From assembly GCA_012515515.1 (NCBI GenBank), contig JAAYYE010000012.1:48604-112603 (forward strand): a DNA stretch of 64,000 bases, in the 5' to 3' direction. Under the pieces are notes generated by a model, which made no database searches, was not told the origin of the DNA, and saw nothing but the letters and a program-made list of their open reading frames with translations. The stretch's first letter is position 1; every line of letters starts with the position of its first letter. Positions 63,532 through 64,000 of the stretch are shown here, piece by piece. Source of the stretch: Minisyncoccota bacterium (GTDB lineage: Bacteria > Patescibacteriota > Microgenomatia > UBA1400 > PJMF01). The position numbers were made by a program, and so were the translations under genes.

Positions 63532-64000
63532 GTGGATATAGGTAATAAAAAAATTGCCATCATACATGATTCCTTAACTCAATTTGGAGGAGCAGAAAGG
63601 GTGCTTTTTTATCTTATAAAAATGTTTCCTCGCGCAGATGTTTATACTTCATTAGCCAGTAAAAAATTAAAAACGCAAGTTGAAAATAAGATTACTGGAA
63701 AATTTTGTTGCTCAAAACTCAGCAATGTAAAACTGGCCATTAAATATCCCAGCTTGTTTAAGCCTTATTTTTTTCATTATTATTGGGAAAGTTTAAATTT
63801 GGATAAATACGATTTGGTGATATCCTCTTCTCACTCTTTTTGTGCTCACTGGATAAACACTAAACAAAAACATATAAGCTATATTCACACCACACCAAGA
63901 TTCTTACACGACGAAGTTAATCAAATGCTTTGCTTAAAGCGTCCATTTTTTAGAATTATTACTCAGCCATATTTTAATTATTTAAGAAAAAAAAATTTGG
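63532..64000 (+). CDS. Glycosyltransferase family 4, N-terminal fragment (runs off right edge)
   Basis: Translation KIAIIHDSLTQFGGAERVLFYLIKMFPRADVYT parallels GT4 at 4644-5756 ([33 protein letters not shown]); putative GTG start 63532. Confidence 0.5.
   Translation, partial: MDIGNKKIAIIHDSLTQFGGAERVLFYLIKMFPRADVYTSLASKKLKTQVENKITGKFCCSKLSNVKLAIKYPSLFKPYFFHYYWESLNLDKYDLVISSSHSFCAHWINTKQKHISYIHTTPRFLHDEVNQMLCLKRPFFRIITQPYFNYLRKKNL

Overview
The window reads as a gene-dense, low-GC chromosome segment from a reduced-genome bacterium. The gene content is reminiscent of CPR/Patescibacteria-type genomes: two class-A PBPs, several GT-C/GT4/GT2 envelope glycosylation genes, pilN/pilO-like genes, a VirB4/TraG-like ATPase, and a 23S-5S rRNA locus with no adjacent 16S. 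That placement is an inference, not proven. The standard genetic code fits, since the long ORFs are uninterrupted.

Major content, left to right:
- Partial nusA at the left edge, minus strand.
- Minus-strand heat-shock operon hrcA-grpE-dnaK-dnaJ-like (J-domain protein without zinc finger), with a CIRCE operator overlapping a sigma70-like promoter just upstream of hrcA.
- GT4 glycosyltransferase, stand-alone 5'-3' exonuclease, ftsH, trpS, Xer-type recombinase, FtsB-like protein and an SDR.
- Divergent pair of CAU-anticodon tRNAs, one of them an initiator tRNA-fMet with the C1.A72 mismatch.
- ArnT/PMT-like GT-C membrane glycosyltransferase.
- groES-groEL with its own CIRCE.
- A YrdC(TsaC)-TsaE fusion gene followed by tsaD, then smpB and cmk.
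- Two divergent PBP1A paralogs bracketing nrdR, a monomeric class II B12-type ribonucleotide reductase, and a compact 4-gene cassette. The cassette encodes a HepT-like HEPN protein, a Cmk-like kinase with degenerate P-loop, a CPBP/Abi-like membrane protein and a secreted protein.
- GH18 hydrolase and a large Fn3 surface protein, then an operon of murJ with pilN-like and pilO-like genes.
- rpsT, lepA, a SurA-like chaperone and a bPH membrane protein.
- Minus-strand 5S and 23S rRNA plus tRNA-Ala, with a sigma70-like promoter and no 16S.
- VirB4/TraG-family ATPase, DUF192, NagZ, rpsA and pgk.
- A cell-envelope glycan cluster (Wzy_C/TPR protein, DegT aminotransferase, cupin isomerase-like, GT2, SAM methyltransferase, GT-C, partial GT4).

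No CRISPR array and no clear transposon were seen. Every call is from reading motifs in the translated ORFs and the nucleotide sequence by eye; nothing was searched against a database.
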